64,000 nt of DNA from a virus. Its lineage: Duplodnaviria > Caudoviricetes. The number at the start of each line of letters is the position of its first letter. The first letter of the stretch is position 1. Below are positions 37,319-48,846 of the stretch, piece by piece. The notes beneath the pieces were generated by a model that made no database searches, was not told where the DNA came from, and saw nothing but the letters and a program-made list of their open reading frames with translations. The position numbers were made by a program, and so were the translations under genes. The stretch covers positions 1 through 64,000 of the IMG/VR virus record IMGVR_UViG_3300032219_001391. One strand, given 5' to 3'.

Positions 37319-38545
37319 ATGAGTGAAACAAAAAAAGAAAAAATTAGAGTACTAGTCGTACCATCTGACAGAACAGGTGTAGGTAAATTTAGATCAGTTG
37401 ATCCACACATTTTTTTACAAAATCTGTATCCAGATGATTTCCATATTGATATTGAGTTTAATCCTGACTTAAACAACATAGGTCATTTGATGAGTTATCA
37501 AATCATTCACATGCACAGAAGTTTAGGACCTGATTTTGACAGATCAATACAAGCGATAAAAACATTAAATTCATTAGGTGTAATTACAATACTGGATATT
37601 GATGATTATTGGTTACCCGGTAAAGAACACCCTATCCACGATATTATCGTTGCAAATAAGATCAATGAAAAGATTATTGAGAATATTAAAGTAGCTAAGT
37701 ATGTTACAACAACTACAACAATCTTTGCGGATGAAATTAAAAAATACAATAAAAATGTTGTAATTTATCCAAACGCTATTGATCCAAACGAACCACAATT
37801 CAAAGAGAAAACACAACCATCGGATAAACTACGTATTGGTTGGTTAGGGGGTTCATCTCACTTACACGATTTAATGTTCTTAAATGATTTATTTCCAAAA
37901 GTAAGTCCTATTAAAGATAAAATGCAAGTTTATTTATGTGGGTTTGACACTAGAGGAACTATGACTGAAATTAACCAACAAACAGGTGAACAGAAACAAA
38001 GACCTATTAAACCTGAAGAAACTGTTTGGTTTACCTATGAAAATATTTTCACAAATAACCATAGTCTTATCTCACCTGAATACTCAACCTTCTTAAAGAA
38101 ATTTAAACAAGAAGATAGACCTGAATATTCTGACGAGTTCTATCAAAGAGTTTGGACTAAACCTGTTACATCTTATGCTAAAAACTATTCAAAATTTGAT
38201 GTATCATTAGCACCAATTAAAAATCACATCTTCAACAGAGTTAAATCACAACTTAAAGTAATTGAAGCAGGATTTTATAAGAAAGCGTTGATCGCATCAA
38301 ATATCGGACCTTATACTATTGACTTGAAACATTGCTTGGAAAATGGTAACTTTGTAGATGGAAACGCACTTTTGGTGGATGAACAAAGAAACCATAGTGA
38401 TTGGTTCAAATACGTTAAAAAATTAGTTGATAATCCTAATATGGCTTTTGATATGGGACAAAGACTATATGAAACAGTAAAAGATACTTACGATTTGAAT
38501 CAAGTTACCAAAACAAGGGCAGAATGGTATAAAACTTTAATATAA
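37319..38545 (+). CDS. GT-B (GT4-like) glycosyltransferase
   Basis: DIDDYW, RIGWLGGSSH, FDVSLAPI...FNRVKSQLKVIEAG, LIASNIGPY. Confidence 0.8.
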   Translation: MSETKKEKIRVLVVPSDRTGVGKFRSVDPHIFLQNLYPDDFHIDIEFNPDLNNIGHLMSYQIIHMHRSLGPDFDRSIQAIKTLNSLGVITILDIDDYWLPGKEHPIHDIIVANKINEKIIENIKVAKYVTTTTTIFADEIKKYNKNVVIYPNAIDPNEPQFKEKTQPSDKLRIGWLGGSSHLHDLMFLNDLFPKVSPIKDKMQVYLCGFDTRGTMTEINQQTGEQKQRPIKPEETVWFTYENIFTNNHSLISPEYSTFLKKFKQEDRPEYSDEFYQRVWTKPVTSYAKNYSKFDVSLAPIKNHIFNRVKSQLKVIEAGFYKKALIASNIGPYTIDLKHCLENGNFVDGNALLVDEQRNHSDWFKYVKKLVDNPNMAFDMGQRLYETVKDTYDLNQVTKTRAEWYKTLI

Positions 38546-39243
38546 TGATAAACACACCTCTAACAAAACTTTTGTTCTTAGACATTGAAACCGTCGGAAC
38601 CGAAAAGGATTTTTTCCATTTCACAAAAAATTACCCAAGAATATCTGAATTTTTTATTAAAAACAGATCTTGGTTAGATAAACGATATCCTGAACATCAG
38701 GAATCAACGATTGAAGAATTATATCTTAGTGTTTCTGCACTAATCCCTGAATTTGGAAAAATCGTATGTGTTGCGGCAGGATTTGAAGATCCTAACGGGA
38801 ACTTTGTTACAAAAATAATTAGTGGTGAGGAAAAACATATCCTGAAAGAAACTCATTCCTTACTTAATAAAGTACAAGGAATGGGTTTTTGGATATGTGG
38901 ACACAATGTTAAATCATTTGATATTCCATATATCATAAAAAGAAGTTTAATGAATGGTATTAAACCATCAACACTATTACCAACACCCGATACTAAACCT
39001 TGGGAAGTAAAAGCGGTGGATACTAAAGAATTTTGGCAATTGGGTAATTATACCTCACTTTGTTCATTAGATCTAATGTGTGCGTCAATGGATGTTGAAT
39101 CTTCCAAAGATGGTGAAGTAACAGGAAACAATTTACACTTTTCGTATTGGAATACTGATAGTCAAGAAAAAATAAACGAGTACTGCGAAAAAGACATCAA
39201 GGTACTATACCAAGTAGTAAAGAAATTTTATGAGCTTAAATAA
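38545..39243 (+). CDS. Stand-alone PolB-like 3'-5' exonuclease
   Basis: FLDIETV, GHNVKSFDIPY, EYCEKD (DEDDy). Confidence 0.85.
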   Translation: MINTPLTKLLFLDIETVGTEKDFFHFTKNYPRISEFFIKNRSWLDKRYPEHQESTIEELYLSVSALIPEFGKIVCVAAGFEDPNGNFVTKIISGEEKHILKETHSLLNKVQGMGFWICGHNVKSFDIPYIIKRSLMNGIKPSTLLPTPDTKPWEVKAVDTKEFWQLGNYTSLCSLDLMCASMDVESSKDGEVTGNNLHFSYWNTDSQEKINEYCEKDIKVLYQVVKKFYELK

Positions 39244-39859
39244 TTCTGAAATTTCCATTAAAGAATTGATGGAACTTAGACAACAATTAGAAGATCAATT
39301 TGATCTAATCCAAGAAACAGGAAATGAGGATATCTCAAATAAAATAAAAGAAATGTTTAATATTGATTTGAATGATCTTGATAATGAGATTGATGATTTA
39401 TTACACAAAGTAAATCTTAAATTTGAGTTGTTGTGTGATGAAGAAACAAATGAAAAAATTACACCAACATATAACTACCCATCAGATTCGGGGTTTGATT
39501 TATATAACGTTGGTCCTCATATCATATTACAACCGTTTAGTCGTACATTGATACCGACAGGAATTAAATTAGATATTCCAAAAGGTTTTGAAGTACAGGT
39601 AAGATCTAAAAGTGGTTTAGCTTTGAACCAAGGTTTATTTGTGTTAAATAGTCCTGGAACTGTTGATCAAGGATACACCGGTGAGATTAAAGTTATTTTA
39701 TATAATTCTACCACAGAACCAATTAACGTACCCAATATGATGAAGGTTGGACAAGCGGTTTTATGTCCTGTTGTTTCAGGATCAAAAGTAATGTTAGTTA
39801 ACAAAAAAGTGGAAGATAAAGATAGATCAGATAAAGGTTTTGGAAGTACGGGAATATGA
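39230..39859 (+). CDS. dut: Trimeric dUTPase with acidic N-terminal extension
   Basis: SGFDL, RSKSGLA, GTVDQGYTGE, GQAV, RSDKGFGSTG. Confidence 0.93.
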   Translation: MSLNNSEISIKELMELRQQLEDQFDLIQETGNEDISNKIKEMFNIDLNDLDNEIDDLLHKVNLKFELLCDEETNEKITPTYNYPSDSGFDLYNVGPHIILQPFSRTLIPTGIKLDIPKGFEVQVRSKSGLALNQGLFVLNSPGTVDQGYTGEIKVILYNSTTEPINVPNMMKVGQAVLCPVVSGSKVMLVNKKVEDKDRSDKGFGSTGI

Positions 39860-41469
39860 TTACAATAGGTTATAGTACAAGAAGTCATAAACCTGAGTTT
39901 ATTGAGTATTTGAAAAGTGCGGCAGGACATCCAAAAGTACAAATCATTGAAAAGGTAAATAATGGTGAAAAATCATTATCTCAAGTATATAATGAAATTA
40001 TTGAAGAATCTGAATTTGATATTGTGGTGTTGTGTCACGATGACTTATATTTTGATTCAAAAAAGTTTGCATTAAAGATTGAAAAACATTTTTCTAAATC
40101 AGACTACGGAATATTAGGTGTTGCAGGTACCCCTGAAATGCCAAAATCTGGTATGTGGTGGGAAGGTAGAAGAATGTTGGGTATTGTTAATCACGAACAC
40201 GAAGGAAACAAATGGGAAAACAAATACTCTGAAGATTTAGGTAACCAAATTAGAACCGCAGCTGTTGTTGATGGTTTGTTTATTGCATTACATAAACAAA
40301 GAATTTCCAAAACTTTTGATGAGACAGTAGAGGGATTTCACTTCTATGACATTAACTTCTCTTTTAGAAACCTTTTAGATGGGGTTAAAATTGGTGTTAT
40401 TTTTGACGTTAGAATTACTCACTTATCTATTGGTATGACCAATGATAGTTGGGAAAAAAACAAACAGATTTTTGCTGAAAAATATAAAGAACAATTACCA
40501 AGAAGAGTAAAACTGAGAGAAGATGAAAAATTAAAAATTTTAATAACTTGTTTGAGTTTTAGGACATTTACAGGATCTGAAATGTATGTGTATGAATTAT
40601 CTAAGAAATTAAAATCATTAGGTCACGATGTTACAGTATGTTCAGAAATTGGGGGACCTTTAACAATGAAGGCAAACAATGAAGGGATTAAAACTGTTTC
40701 ATTAAGAGAACCACCAGGGTTTAAATTAGGTGATGGTAAGTCTAGTATACAAACACCTGAAGGTGTATTTGTTACTCAACCTAACCAATTATATTTTGTA
40801 AAAGACACTAACTTTGATCTTATATTAACACAACATACACCAATTAATAGATATATGTGTCAAATATATCCAAACACAGATAAGATCAATATCATTCACT
40901 CCGAAAAGGCAATAAGATCCGCAACAGAAATGTTAGAAGAACCCTTTATCCATCCATCAATAAGAAAATACATAGCAATCAGACCATCAATTAAAGAACA
41001 TTTGGTTGATAACTTTTCAATTGATGAAAATATGATTGATGTGGTATATAATCCATTTGATGAAAATAGATTTAATACTAAAAATACATCAGATAATGGG
41101 TTTACATTATTCGTAGGAACCATTGATTATCTTAGAAAAGAAATGTTGTTTGACATTGCGGAGAAAACAAAAGAAGAGGGTAGAGATTTATACTTAGTAG
41201 GTGCTGACCACGGAAACTATTTAAGTGATTTATTAAAATATGACCATGTGAAGAAGTTTGATCCTGTGTATGATATTGAAAGATTTACCAAAAAATGTCA
41301 CAATACTGTTGGTATATTATTAGGTAGGACGACTATTGAGGGATGGATGTGTGGAAAACCAGGTTGGATCTACTACGTAGACAATGATGGTTACATTTTA
41401 AATAAAGAATATACCGAACCAAACTATGATTCGGTTAAATGTGATATGAATAAATTATTGGAAATATGA
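39856..41469 (+). CDS. Two-domain glycosyltransferase (GT2-like plus GT-B-like)
   Basis: VLCHDD, AAVVDGLFIA, FHFYD; second domain FTGSEMYVYELS...GRTTIEGWMCG. Confidence 0.8.
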   Translation: MITIGYSTRSHKPEFIEYLKSAAGHPKVQIIEKVNNGEKSLSQVYNEIIEESEFDIVVLCHDDLYFDSKKFALKIEKHFSKSDYGILGVAGTPEMPKSGMWWEGRRMLGIVNHEHEGNKWENKYSEDLGNQIRTAAVVDGLFIALHKQRISKTFDETVEGFHFYDINFSFRNLLDGVKIGVIFDVRITHLSIGMTNDSWEKNKQIFAEKYKEQLPRRVKLREDEKLKILITCLSFRTFTGSEMYVYELSKKLKSLGHDVTVCSEIGGPLTMKANNEGIKTVSLREPPGFKLGDGKSSIQTPEGVFVTQPNQLYFVKDTNFDLILTQHTPINRYMCQIYPNTDKINIIHSEKAIRSATEMLEEPFIHPSIRKYIAIRPSIKEHLVDNFSIDENMIDVVYNPFDENRFNTKNTSDNGFTLFVGTIDYLRKEMLFDIAEKTKEEGRDLYLVGADHGNYLSDLLKYDHVKKFDPVYDIERFTKKCHNTVGILLGRTTIEGWMCGKPGWIYYVDNDGYILNKEYTEPNYDSVKCDMNKLLEI

Positions 41470-42134
41470 AATTACTTATAAAGTTTCCTACCAGAGGTAG
41501 GCCCGAAAAGTTTCTCAATACCTTAAAATTATATTATCAAAATTGTACTGATATTGATAATATAATTTTCTTGATAACAATTGATCAAGATGATCCATCA
41601 ATGAATAGTCCTGATATAATTGATCAATTGAAAACTATGAAAAATCTATATTTCTTTATAGAAAAAAGTACATCTAAAGTTGACGCGGTAAATAGAGACT
41701 TAGATAAATTTGATCAAGAATGGGATATTGTATTACTAGCATCTGATGATATGATACCACAAACTAAAGGATACGATGTTATAATAAAAAAATTAATGAA
41801 AGAACATTTTTCAGATACTGATGGTGTTCTACATTTTAATGATGGATATCAAAAGGAAACATTAAATACTTTATGTGTATTAGGTAAAAAATATTATAAT
41901 AGGTTTAATTACATCTATTATCCAGGATACAAATCATGTTGGTCAGATAATGAGTTTATGGAGGTTTCACGATTATTAAATAAAACCATTTATTTTGATT
42001 TTATAATAATACGTCACGAACATCCTGATTGGGGGCATGGTAATCACGACATAATACATACTAAAAATCAAATAGATTATGAATTTGATCAAAATCTGTT
42101 TTTAACAAGAAAACAAAATAATTTTAATATATGA
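41466..42134 (+). CDS. GT2-like glycosyltransferase
   Basis: KFPTRGRPEKF, SKVDAVNR, LLASDDM. Confidence 0.7.
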   Translation: MKLLIKFPTRGRPEKFLNTLKLYYQNCTDIDNIIFLITIDQDDPSMNSPDIIDQLKTMKNLYFFIEKSTSKVDAVNRDLDKFDQEWDIVLLASDDMIPQTKGYDVIIKKLMKEHFSDTDGVLHFNDGYQKETLNTLCVLGKKYYNRFNYIYYPGYKSCWSDNEFMEVSRLLNKTIYFDFIIIRHEHPDWGHGNHDIIHTKNQIDYEFDQNLFLTRKQNNFNI

Positions 42135-42961
42135 GAGTAGCTATAAACACTATGGTAAAAAACGAAGAAATATTACTTTCAAATGTTTTACCTATTTGGA
42201 AATCTTATCCTGTTGACCATTTCATTTTCTATGATGATAACTCATCAGACAATACTTTAAGTGTGATTCAAAATATTTTACCCAAAGAAAAGATAATCAT
42301 TATTAATGATAATTTAGAAAAATTCAATGAGGGATATCAAAGACAGCAGATGATTAATAAATCAAGAGAATTAAATGTTGACTATGTGATTTGTTTAGAT
42401 GCCGATGAACTACTAAGTGCCAGTATTACAAGAGATTTTAAAAAATTTTTAAGTATATATGATAATACAAACTTATATTTATATTGGTTTAATATCGTAA
42501 ACGATTCTTTAAATTATTATAGATCAGATCCTCAATATATTAATAATTATAGATCATTTGTACTTCCTTTAAAGTACACATCTAATTTAGATACTAATTT
42601 ATGGCAATATCATACACCTAGAACTCCAAATATAAACTTACCATCCTCACACACAAAAGAATATGGTATTATACACTTACAATCTGCAAATAAAAAGTAT
42701 TATACATTTAAACAATTATGGTATAAACATTATGAATATTTAAATTATAAACATACTGTTGAATTCGTTAATCAACGATACGATCCTGTGGTAAATAATT
42801 TAACATTTAATGAAACAACAACACCTAACAATATAATAGATGGAATTACAATTAATTTATCATTTTTTGAAGGATTAGAGGTTACTAAAGGTTATTATGA
42901 TTTTGTAAAAAATAATTTAAATAAAGAATTATTAACATTTGGTAAAGAGTATTTTTTATGA
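42131..42961 (+). CDS. GT2-like glycosyltransferase
   Basis: MVKNEE, FYDDNSSDNT, CLDADE. Confidence 0.75.
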   Translation: MRVAINTMVKNEEILLSNVLPIWKSYPVDHFIFYDDNSSDNTLSVIQNILPKEKIIIINDNLEKFNEGYQRQQMINKSRELNVDYVICLDADELLSASITRDFKKFLSIYDNTNLYLYWFNIVNDSLNYYRSDPQYINNYRSFVLPLKYTSNLDTNLWQYHTPRTPNINLPSSHTKEYGIIHLQSANKKYYTFKQLWYKHYEYLNYKHTVEFVNQRYDPVVNNLTFNETTTPNNIIDGITINLSFFEGLEVTKGYYDFVKNNLNKELLTFGKEYFL

Positions 42962-43698
42962 ACTTAACAATAGGAATAACAACCTTTTCTAAACGATTTG
43001 GATTTTTAGAAAAATTAGTAGGTCAAATTCGTTCTTTTGTTGATTACCCAATAATATTAACAATTAATGGTGAAAAAGACGGTAAAACAGATGACCAATA
43101 TTTAAAAAATGTTTTATCTTTATGTCAGAGATATAATCAAATATATCCTACATTCTTTTTAGAAACTAGAGGGTTATCTAAAATGTGGAACACTATAGTT
43201 ATTAACTCACCTAATGACAATATTTTAATATTAAATGATGATGTGGAGATTATCAGTAATGAAATTTTTATAAAATGTGAAGAAGTTTTTAAATCAAACC
43301 ATTTCCAAGGAATTGTAAAAATGAACTCATCATTTTCTCATTTTTTAGTTGATAAAAAAATAATTGAAGAGTTGTCATTTTTTGATGAAAGATTAATTGG
43401 TTTTGGGGAAGAAGATGGTGACATAACTTACAGAATGTTAAAAATGAATAAAACAATAGGTAATGTACACGTTAATGGGTTAATAAATATTGTTTCAGAA
43501 ATAAGACATGATCATATAAAATCAGGTATTGGTAAATATTCAAAATTTAATCGTGAATTTATCTATGTTCATAAGTATATGACAGATTACAATAGTACAA
43601 TAAGAGGTATGTTTGACACTCCGATGAGGGAAAACTTAGAGAATATACCACAATATCCGTATGAGTTATTTTTTAGGAAAAATAAATCTAATTTATGA
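42958..43698 (+). CDS. GT2-like glycosyltransferase
   Basis: GLSKMWN, LILNDD, FDERLIGFGEEDGD. Confidence 0.75.
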   Translation: MNLTIGITTFSKRFGFLEKLVGQIRSFVDYPIILTINGEKDGKTDDQYLKNVLSLCQRYNQIYPTFFLETRGLSKMWNTIVINSPNDNILILNDDVEIISNEIFIKCEEVFKSNHFQGIVKMNSSFSHFLVDKKIIEELSFFDERLIGFGEEDGDITYRMLKMNKTIGNVHVNGLINIVSEIRHDHIKSGIGKYSKFNREFIYVHKYMTDYNSTIRGMFDTPMRENLENIPQYPYELFFRKNKSNL

Positions 43699-44915
43699 AA
43701 AAAATAATTAAATTACAAGATTTAAAACCTTTCATAAATTTATTTGTGAAAGATGAAAATGATAGAGAAATAAATATTTATCATTTAAATAATGTACAAT
43801 TTTATCAAAATAATACATATTACCCAAACGTATTATTAGATAGTGATTATGGTATAATTGACCCAGTGAATGAAACAATACAATCATTAAAAAGTATCTC
43901 ATTTGATAAATTAAATACTACAAAAAGTGAAGTTCTGGGTTTTAATGATCAACCTTTATTTTTCTTCATATATAATACTGATAATTATTATCATTTTATT
44001 TATGATACCTTACCATATTTGATTAGTTTTTTTGAATTAAAAAAACGTATTCCAAATTTAAAACTTTTAATGAATTATCCTAATAATCAAAAAATAAACA
44101 ATTATAAATTTGTTGATGAGTTTTTAAATATATTATCAATAACCGAAAATGATATACAAATTGTAAACAGTTACACCGAATACCGTAATCTATACATATC
44201 AAATTCATATACACATGATAATAAATCTAACTTACCACCTAGAAATGAAATTTATGAACTGTATAATAATATAGTTAAAATTGTGACAAATAAAAACCCT
44301 GTCTATCAAGAACTACCTAAAAATATTTACATATCAAGGAGGACTTGGATTAATAAAGACACTTCTAATATTGGTACTAACTACACAACAAGACGAAAAT
44401 TAGTAAATGAGGATGAAGTTGTTGAATATTTAAAATCTAAAAATTTTGTTGAGGTTTTTACTGAAAATCTATCAACTGAGGAAAAAATTCTTTTATTTGA
44501 TTCTGCTGAACACATTGTCGGTCCGATTGGTGGTGGATTGTGTAATGTTCTTTTTTCTAAAGAACACACTAAACTTGATGTCATTAATTCCCCTCATTTT
44601 TTTGAGATTAATAAAAGATTTATCTTCTCATTCAACAATGTTAGATATAATATAATTAACATTTCGTCTCATGTGGAAGAGGGTGAAATTAAAAAATATA
44701 TGAGAGTCAAATTTGACAATATGGTTGGAGAAGTTATTGATATAAATGATAATATCATTATAATTAATGTTAGTGATATTGACGTGGCTGGATGGAATAA
44801 TAATAATCAGTATATGAAAATAACAAAAAAAATGGGGGAGGTTGAAAAGTTGGATGAGGGTTTAAATTCGGAATGGGAAATAAACATGAAAAAATTAAAA
44901 GAAATTATATGTTAA
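43695..44915 (+). CDS. GT61 (DUF563)-like glycosyltransferase
   Basis: NYYHFIYDTLP, IYISRR, RKLVNEDEV, IVGPIGGGLCNVLF. Confidence 0.8.
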   Translation: MKKIIKLQDLKPFINLFVKDENDREINIYHLNNVQFYQNNTYYPNVLLDSDYGIIDPVNETIQSLKSISFDKLNTTKSEVLGFNDQPLFFFIYNTDNYYHFIYDTLPYLISFFELKKRIPNLKLLMNYPNNQKINNYKFVDEFLNILSITENDIQIVNSYTEYRNLYISNSYTHDNKSNLPPRNEIYELYNNIVKIVTNKNPVYQELPKNIYISRRTWINKDTSNIGTNYTTRRKLVNEDEVVEYLKSKNFVEVFTENLSTEEKILLFDSAEHIVGPIGGGLCNVLFSKEHTKLDVINSPHFFEINKRFIFSFNNVRYNIINISSHVEEGEIKKYMRVKFDNMVGEVIDINDNIIIINVSDIDVAGWNNNNQYMKITKKMGEVEKLDEGLNSEWEINMKKLKEIIC

Positions 44916-45709
44916 ATTTTGTGATTTATACCCACACAGATTACTTAGACGTATTAACAATACAAACTGATTATTGTGAAAAAATTTATAATAAAGTCTT
45001 GTTCATCAATGAAAATAGTTTAGACCTTAGTGACATTTACTCTAAATATGAACGAGTTTGTTTTTATAAAAATGAGGACCCGTACTCAAAAAGGTTAATA
45101 CAATGCCTAAATCAAATAGAAGATGATTATATTGTTTTTTTTCACGATATTGATATTCTAATTAATATGAACCCAAATACAATTATAACACTACATGATT
45201 TTTTAAAAACTAAAAAATACGATAGGATTGATTTAAAACATACCGAATCAATTAATTCGTCGTTAATCTATGAATGTTTAAATATTCATGATCATTTAAC
45301 TTGGGGTAAATGTGATACTGTTAATGATACTAATATGTTTTTAATTAAACAAGATGACCCGAGAGAGTATATATACAATGTTAATCCGTCAATATGGAGA
45401 AGAGAAACTTTATTAGAAATAATGAATAAGTTCCCAACTAAGACATACAGAACAATTGAAGATATGGATGTTCAGTTATTTTGTAAAAAATATAATATAT
45501 TTAAACTTTACTCAAAACATAAATACGAATGTGGTTATTTTAATTGTGTTGAAGATTTCAAATTCTTACATATCTCACACAATGGTAAATTACTACCATT
45601 AAATGATTATAGAACCGTTTATGGTCAATCATATTTGGATGTTAAAGATGAATACGAAAGTATTGTAAATAAATTTGATTTAAAAAAAAATAATAAATGG
45701 ATAAATTAA
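44909..45709 (+). CDS. Hypothetical protein, possible GT-A fold
   Basis: ATG at 44909 (track 44873); [14 protein letters not shown]; located in the glyco island. Confidence 0.45.
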   Translation: MLNFVIYTHTDYLDVLTIQTDYCEKIYNKVLFINENSLDLSDIYSKYERVCFYKNEDPYSKRLIQCLNQIEDDYIVFFHDIDILINMNPNTIITLHDFLKTKKYDRIDLKHTESINSSLIYECLNIHDHLTWGKCDTVNDTNMFLIKQDDPREYIYNVNPSIWRRETLLEIMNKFPTKTYRTIEDMDVQLFCKKYNIFKLYSKHKYECGYFNCVEDFKFLHISHNGKLLPLNDYRTVYGQSYLDVKDEYESIVNKFDLKKNNKWIN

Positions 45710-46452
45710 AACCTGTTTTTATTATTGCTCATAAATATTTTAGAGGATATACATCATACTTAAAACATTATATTGAAAATATTTTTAAGTTTTACGGTAA
45801 CAATTGTTTAATTATTATTGTTGATAATAATTCTAACTATCCTAGCGACGTTTTTAGTACATTACCTGTTAATGATAATTTAATAATATTAAATAATGAT
45901 ATTGCCTGTAAATTTGAATTAGGTGCTTATCAAGTGGGGATTAAATACATATTGGATAATAATATATTAAATAATTACGACTACTACGTATGTACTCAAG
46001 ATAATTTTATTATTAAAAATAAAGTAGATTTTGATCAGTTATTTAAATCAAATGTTTTTGCATGTCCAATTAATTCTTATTATCAGGATGGTGGTCATAT
46101 GGACATTTGTAATTATGTACTAAATAGATTGAATTTAAACAATAACATAGACAAATTAACATTTTGTTGGTGTAGTAGTTTTATTGTCCATAGGGATAAG
46201 ATTGAACAATTATACAATTATCTAACCCAAATAATTATAACTGTTAGGAGAGAAAGTGAGGCGTCTGAAAGATATCTTGCTAGAATATTATGGGAATTAA
46301 ATAATTATAAAAACAATGATATTGATGGTGATATTCGGGATTTAAAGGAACGTCATTATTACTGTTGGGATGTAGACCCATTATCTCCAGCGACTTCCTT
46401 TTTTGTAAAAAGAGTTCAACAAAAAAATGAACTTACCCAAGATATATTATGA
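45697..46452 (+). CDS. Hypothetical protein, possible GT2-like
   Basis: IIVDNNS, KFELGAY, CTQDN. Confidence 0.45.
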   Translation: MDKLKPVFIIAHKYFRGYTSYLKHYIENIFKFYGNNCLIIIVDNNSNYPSDVFSTLPVNDNLIILNNDIACKFELGAYQVGIKYILDNNILNNYDYYVCTQDNFIIKNKVDFDQLFKSNVFACPINSYYQDGGHMDICNYVLNRLNLNNNIDKLTFCWCSSFIVHRDKIEQLYNYLTQIIITVRRESEASERYLARILWELNNYKNNDIDGDIRDLKERHYYCWDVDPLSPATSFFVKRVQQKNELTQDIL

Positions 46453-47357
46453 GTTTAAAAAAAGTTAATAATTCTTTAATTTCATATTATGAAATACCAC
46501 CATTACACATAAGTGAATATTATAACTATTGTTTAAATATTTTAATTAATTTATTGTCAAAGACAGATTTTAGTTTAAATATTATATTTGGGGATATACC
46601 AACAAATTTTAATAACAAAAACAAAATTATTAAAATTGATATTCAATGTGAGCATACATTGGTATTAAAAGGTGGTAGAGGTGTGACTGAAGAAATATTT
46701 GGCAATACTATGAACGAAAATAACGAACCTTACCTAATACGAGTAGATAGATATAATTATCTGAATAGTATTGATTTTGTCATTGACTATAGTTTTCCCA
46801 ATCTCTTCAATATAACAAGTAATAACTATTTTAATCAGTTCAGTAAAAAAATATTAGTAGTTTCACCAATAATATATGATGTGAATACTTCAAATAAAGA
46901 AAAAACTGATTCAATCACTATGTTCACTAACATTAACAACCCTAGAAGGGATCAAATGTTAAATAATTTAAAAAAAGTAGATCCTAAATTTAAAAATATA
47001 ACGGATTGTTTTTCTTCTAAAGATATCACAAGACTTTATAAAACAACTAAAATATTAGTAAATATACATCAAACAGACCATCATCATACTTTTGAAGAAT
47101 TACGTGTTTTACCTGCGTTAACTCAAGGGGTTTTAGTCATTAGTGAAAATGTACCATTAAAGGATAAAATACCATATCATGAACATATTATATGGTCAGA
47201 TTATGATGATATACCAAACACTTTAATGTATGTTCAAAACAATTATGAAATGATTTATAATAAAGTTTTTAATGATAGTCTATTTAAAAAATTTGAATTA
47301 ATGTTATTAAATAATAATCAAGAATTTGCTAAAATTTTTAATATAGAAAACGAATGA
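46449..47357 (+). CDS. Putative GT-B-like glycosyltransferase
   Basis: KILVNIHQ...[19 protein letters not shown] resembles GT-B C-terminal domains. Confidence 0.5.
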   Translation: MSLKKVNNSLISYYEIPPLHISEYYNYCLNILINLLSKTDFSLNIIFGDIPTNFNNKNKIIKIDIQCEHTLVLKGGRGVTEEIFGNTMNENNEPYLIRVDRYNYLNSIDFVIDYSFPNLFNITSNNYFNQFSKKILVVSPIIYDVNTSNKEKTDSITMFTNINNPRRDQMLNNLKKVDPKFKNITDCFSSKDITRLYKTTKILVNIHQTDHHHTFEELRVLPALTQGVLVISENVPLKDKIPYHEHIIWSDYDDIPNTLMYVQNNYEMIYNKVFNDSLFKKFELMLLNNNQEFAKIFNIENE

Positions 47358-48796
47358 CGGCAGCAATATTAATTTCCGGTTATTTAAGATCTTATGATAA
47401 CATTATAAAGTATGTTCAAACAGATTTGATAAATCATTTTGATGAGTATGATGTATTCATTCACATAACTAAAAATGAAAGTAAGGAAGACAAATATTTA
47501 AACCTAATTGACGAAGAAACAGATATTAAAAAAATTATAAATAAATTAAAACCTAAAAGTGTTTTAATTGAGGAAAATGAACACTATACTAAATCTACAA
47601 ATATTGATTCCACAATAAATCAATGGGCTAAGCTTTATAGATTAAACACTATTAAGACAAGTTATGAAATCCTTGAAGGTAAAAAATATGATGTAGTTAT
47701 AAGATTACGTCCTGACCTACATATAAAAACTAATAATATTTTTAATATAAAATGTAAAGAAAATACAATTTATGTCCCAAAGGATAGTAAAATTGACCAT
47801 ACAAAATTGTTAAATATTAATGATGAATACCTTTGTGACGCAATTGCGTTTGGGACATCAGAAAGTATGGACAAATACTTTTTAATTTACGAGAACATAT
47901 ATAATAACATAAAAAAATATGGATATATCTCAGAGACATTATTAATTAATCACCTAAGAGACGTAAATCTTAAGGTAAAAAAAATGAATATAGATTATAG
48001 TTTTATCTTATCAAAGTGTAATGTATTTGCAATATGTGGTGATTCTGGTTCAGGAAAAAGTACATTAAGTGAAATACTAAAAGGGTTGTTTAAGGATTCT
48101 TTTACCCTTGAATGTGATAGATATCACAAATGGGAAAGGGGTAACAAAAATTGGTCAAAATTTACTCATTTAAATCCGAGTGCCAATTATATTGAAAAGA
48201 TGAAGGAAGATGTTTTTAATCTTAAAATTGGTAAAGAAATTTATCAGGTTGATTATGACCATAAAACAGGTAAATTTACAGAACAACAACAAATAGATCC
48301 GTCAAATAATTTAATAATTTGTGGTTTACATACAATATATGATGAAAAAATAAACTCACTATATGATGTTAAAATATTTATGGATCCACAAAAAGAACTT
48401 AAATATAAATGGAAAATCATTAGAGACGTTAAACATAGAGGATATAGTATTGAAAAAGTACTTGAGTCTATCAAACAAAGAGAATCTGATTATGAAAAAT
48501 ATATACTACCTCAAAAAGATAATGCTAATATAGTTGTTAGTTTTTTTAGTAAGAACGAAATAAAAATGTATGATTTGGATGATGAGGATGAGATCGGATT
48601 AAAAATTACATTAGATAAAGATATCAATATTGAGTACATTAACAATATATTAAGTAACTCCAACATTAGTTATGAAAAAATAGAAGAAAATGATAAAACC
48701 TCATTCATATTCAACAACTACACCCCCTCCCCACTTATAAAAAATTATGTAAATAATTTTTATGATTATGTGATTTTATTTATCCTGAATTTGTAA
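47354..48796 (+). CDS. Fusion of a GT-like domain and a phosphoribulokinase/uridine-kinase family domain
   Basis: N-terminal ILISGYLRSY...YDVVIRLRPDL; C-terminal P-loop CGDSGSGKST, CDRYHKWER, HLNPSAN, YDHKTG, GLH, RDVKHRGYS, YILPQK. Confidence 0.75.
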   Translation: MTAAILISGYLRSYDNIIKYVQTDLINHFDEYDVFIHITKNESKEDKYLNLIDEETDIKKIINKLKPKSVLIEENEHYTKSTNIDSTINQWAKLYRLNTIKTSYEILEGKKYDVVIRLRPDLHIKTNNIFNIKCKENTIYVPKDSKIDHTKLLNINDEYLCDAIAFGTSESMDKYFLIYENIYNNIKKYGYISETLLINHLRDVNLKVKKMNIDYSFILSKCNVFAICGDSGSGKSTLSEILKGLFKDSFTLECDRYHKWERGNKNWSKFTHLNPSANYIEKMKEDVFNLKIGKEIYQVDYDHKTGKFTEQQQIDPSNNLIICGLHTIYDEKINSLYDVKIFMDPQKELKYKWKIIRDVKHRGYSIEKVLESIKQRESDYEKYILPQKDNANIVVSFFSKNEIKMYDLDDEDEIGLKITLDKDINIEYINNILSNSNISYEKIEENDKTSFIFNNYTPSPLIKNYVNNFYDYVILFILNL

Positions 48797-48819
48797 TTTA
48801 CTATTACCTTTAAAAACGG

Positions 48820-48827
48820 TATATTTG
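48820..48827 (+). promoter_or_regulatory. Bacteroidota-type -7 element upstream of the aldolase gene
   Basis: TATATTTG (TAnnTTTG) 19 nt before the ATG at 48847; TTTA 19 nt further upstream. Confidence 0.45.
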
Positions 48828-48846
48828 TTATATAACACTAATATAA

